This document shows, piece after piece, positions 62,830 through 64,000 of a stretch of 64,000 nucleotides of DNA. Both the position numbers and the translations under genes were made by a program. Under the pieces are notes generated by a model that worked only from the letters and a program-made list of their open reading frames with translations, searched no databases and was not told where the DNA came from. Source of the DNA: Lingula anatina (taxonomy: Eukaryota > Animalia > Brachiopoda); the NCBI GenBank assembly GCA_051362555.1, contig CM120642.1, positions 5,580,001-5,644,000 on the forward strand, read 5' to 3'. How positions within the stretch are numbered: the first letter of the stretch is position 1; every line of letters begins with the position of its first letter.

Positions 62830-63309
62830 TGAACTGTGTTTTTAAATATATATATTTTGGTTCTGTCTGTGTATAAATATAAATAATATATGCATAAAAA
62901 GGAATTGTAACAAAAATTCAAGCAAATAATAATTCATTTAGAAAGCATGCAGGATGGGCATACTATTATTCTGACCTACGAACAGAACAGTGACTTTGCT
63001 CCACTAATTTTTTTTTTCAATTACAAACTTCAGAAGATACACGTCAATATGTATAGGCCTAACGTGACGGTGCGATATATAACTTACGTGAAATGCTTTT
63101 ACAGTCTACCGTGGCAAGGAAGACATTAGGCCAGATAATACATGTACAATTACCTCAGTGTTTCTTCAAAAGGTCAATTTACTGTAAAAGGGGAGGATCA
63201 TCATGGAGTACCGCTTCTTTTGTCTAACACATGATTGTTTATAATCACACCAAAGTTTATCTCACCGCTTAGCTAGAATATTTTATGAGTAATTAAACTA
63301 GTACATCTG
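62830..63309 (+). repeat. Segmental direct repeat, copy 2
   Basis: Near-identical to 1-483. Confidence 0.95.
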
Positions 63310-64000
63310 GGGCCTGTTTCACAAAGCAGTAGTTACTTAGAACAACTAACTACTGAACTACCTCGCTAACGAGCAAACTTAACGATTTTCGAGGGGTGTT
63401 TCACGAAGCAGTAGTTAACTTATCGCTACGTTCAGTCGTAAAGTTCAGTCGTTAGTTCTCTCGTTACTCACCGTAGTCTCCAAACCGTCTGCCGGAAGTG
63501 GAACTCTTGCGTAAAAGTGTCATATTGGATACAAAGACAAACGACAGACAACGTTTGTCTGGGGGCCAGGGGGCGTTTGTCTGGGGGCCAGGGGGCCAGT
63601 TTTACAAAGCAGTAGTTAGTTAACGATCGGTAGTTAGCCTCTCGCTAGTTATAGTGCCGTTTCACGAAGCAGTCGCTAGTTCTCTCGCTCGTCATTGTCT
63701 CGTTGTTGCCTTGGATATTTAACGACTGGTCAGACCAGTCGCTAACTCTAGAGTTTCATCGTACGCATGCGTAATGAGTGAAATAAAAAGGTTGCTTAGT
63801 TACCGTTGTCTGTCGTTTGTCTTTGTATCCAATATGGCGGCTACCTTTCTTGCTATCCGTACCGCCAGACGGCAACGTAGACTACGACGTTTTCATGAAA
63901 GGCAGAATCTATTAGAATATACATGTACACACGATGATGCAATTTACGAGAGGTTGCGCCTAGCTGTGACAAAAAGAGCGGCAAAAAGGTGGTGGAGATC
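63310..64000 (+). mobile_element. Stacked Harbinger left ends and start of a Harbinger transposase (runs off the window)
   Basis: CTG|GGGCCTGTTTCACAAAGCAGTAGTTA at 63310; CAG|GGGGCCAGTTTTACAAAGCAGTAGTTA at ~63592; ATG 63834 MAATFLAIRTARRQRRLRRFHERQNLLEY..DDAIYERLRL resembles a Harbinger transposase N-terminus. Confidence 0.7.

Overview
AT-rich, intron-containing animal (probably invertebrate) genomic DNA that is almost entirely a nested pile of transposable elements between two copies of a ~480-bp segmental repeat (1-483, 62830-63309). Main components: (i) an apparently intact ISL2EU (PIF/Harbinger-related) DNA transposon at 1587-9524, with 857-bp terminal inverted repeats (TIRs) each carrying a tRNA-like Pol III gene, and convergent SWIM-YqaJ exonuclease and THAP-DDE transposase genes; (ii) a Harbinger element (10050-29485) with an in-frame 3-exon transposase and a Myb/SANT gene split by ~12 kb of insertions, namely a PAT-like tyrosine-recombinase retrotransposon with a ~95-bp minisatellite, a piggyBac-type MITE and a Gypsy LTR; (iii) a frameshifted AcademX-type transposase (46251-52058) with an apparent ubiquitin-like domain ending in LLGG, plus related CAGCCCGGG-terminated copies; (iv) hAT, MULE-like and LINE remnants; (v) one host-like gene for a small secreted cysteine-rich TSP1-like protein (61803-62324). 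Harbinger-type elements recur at CWG sites, often stacked. All family calls come from motifs read by eye; no database searches were run.
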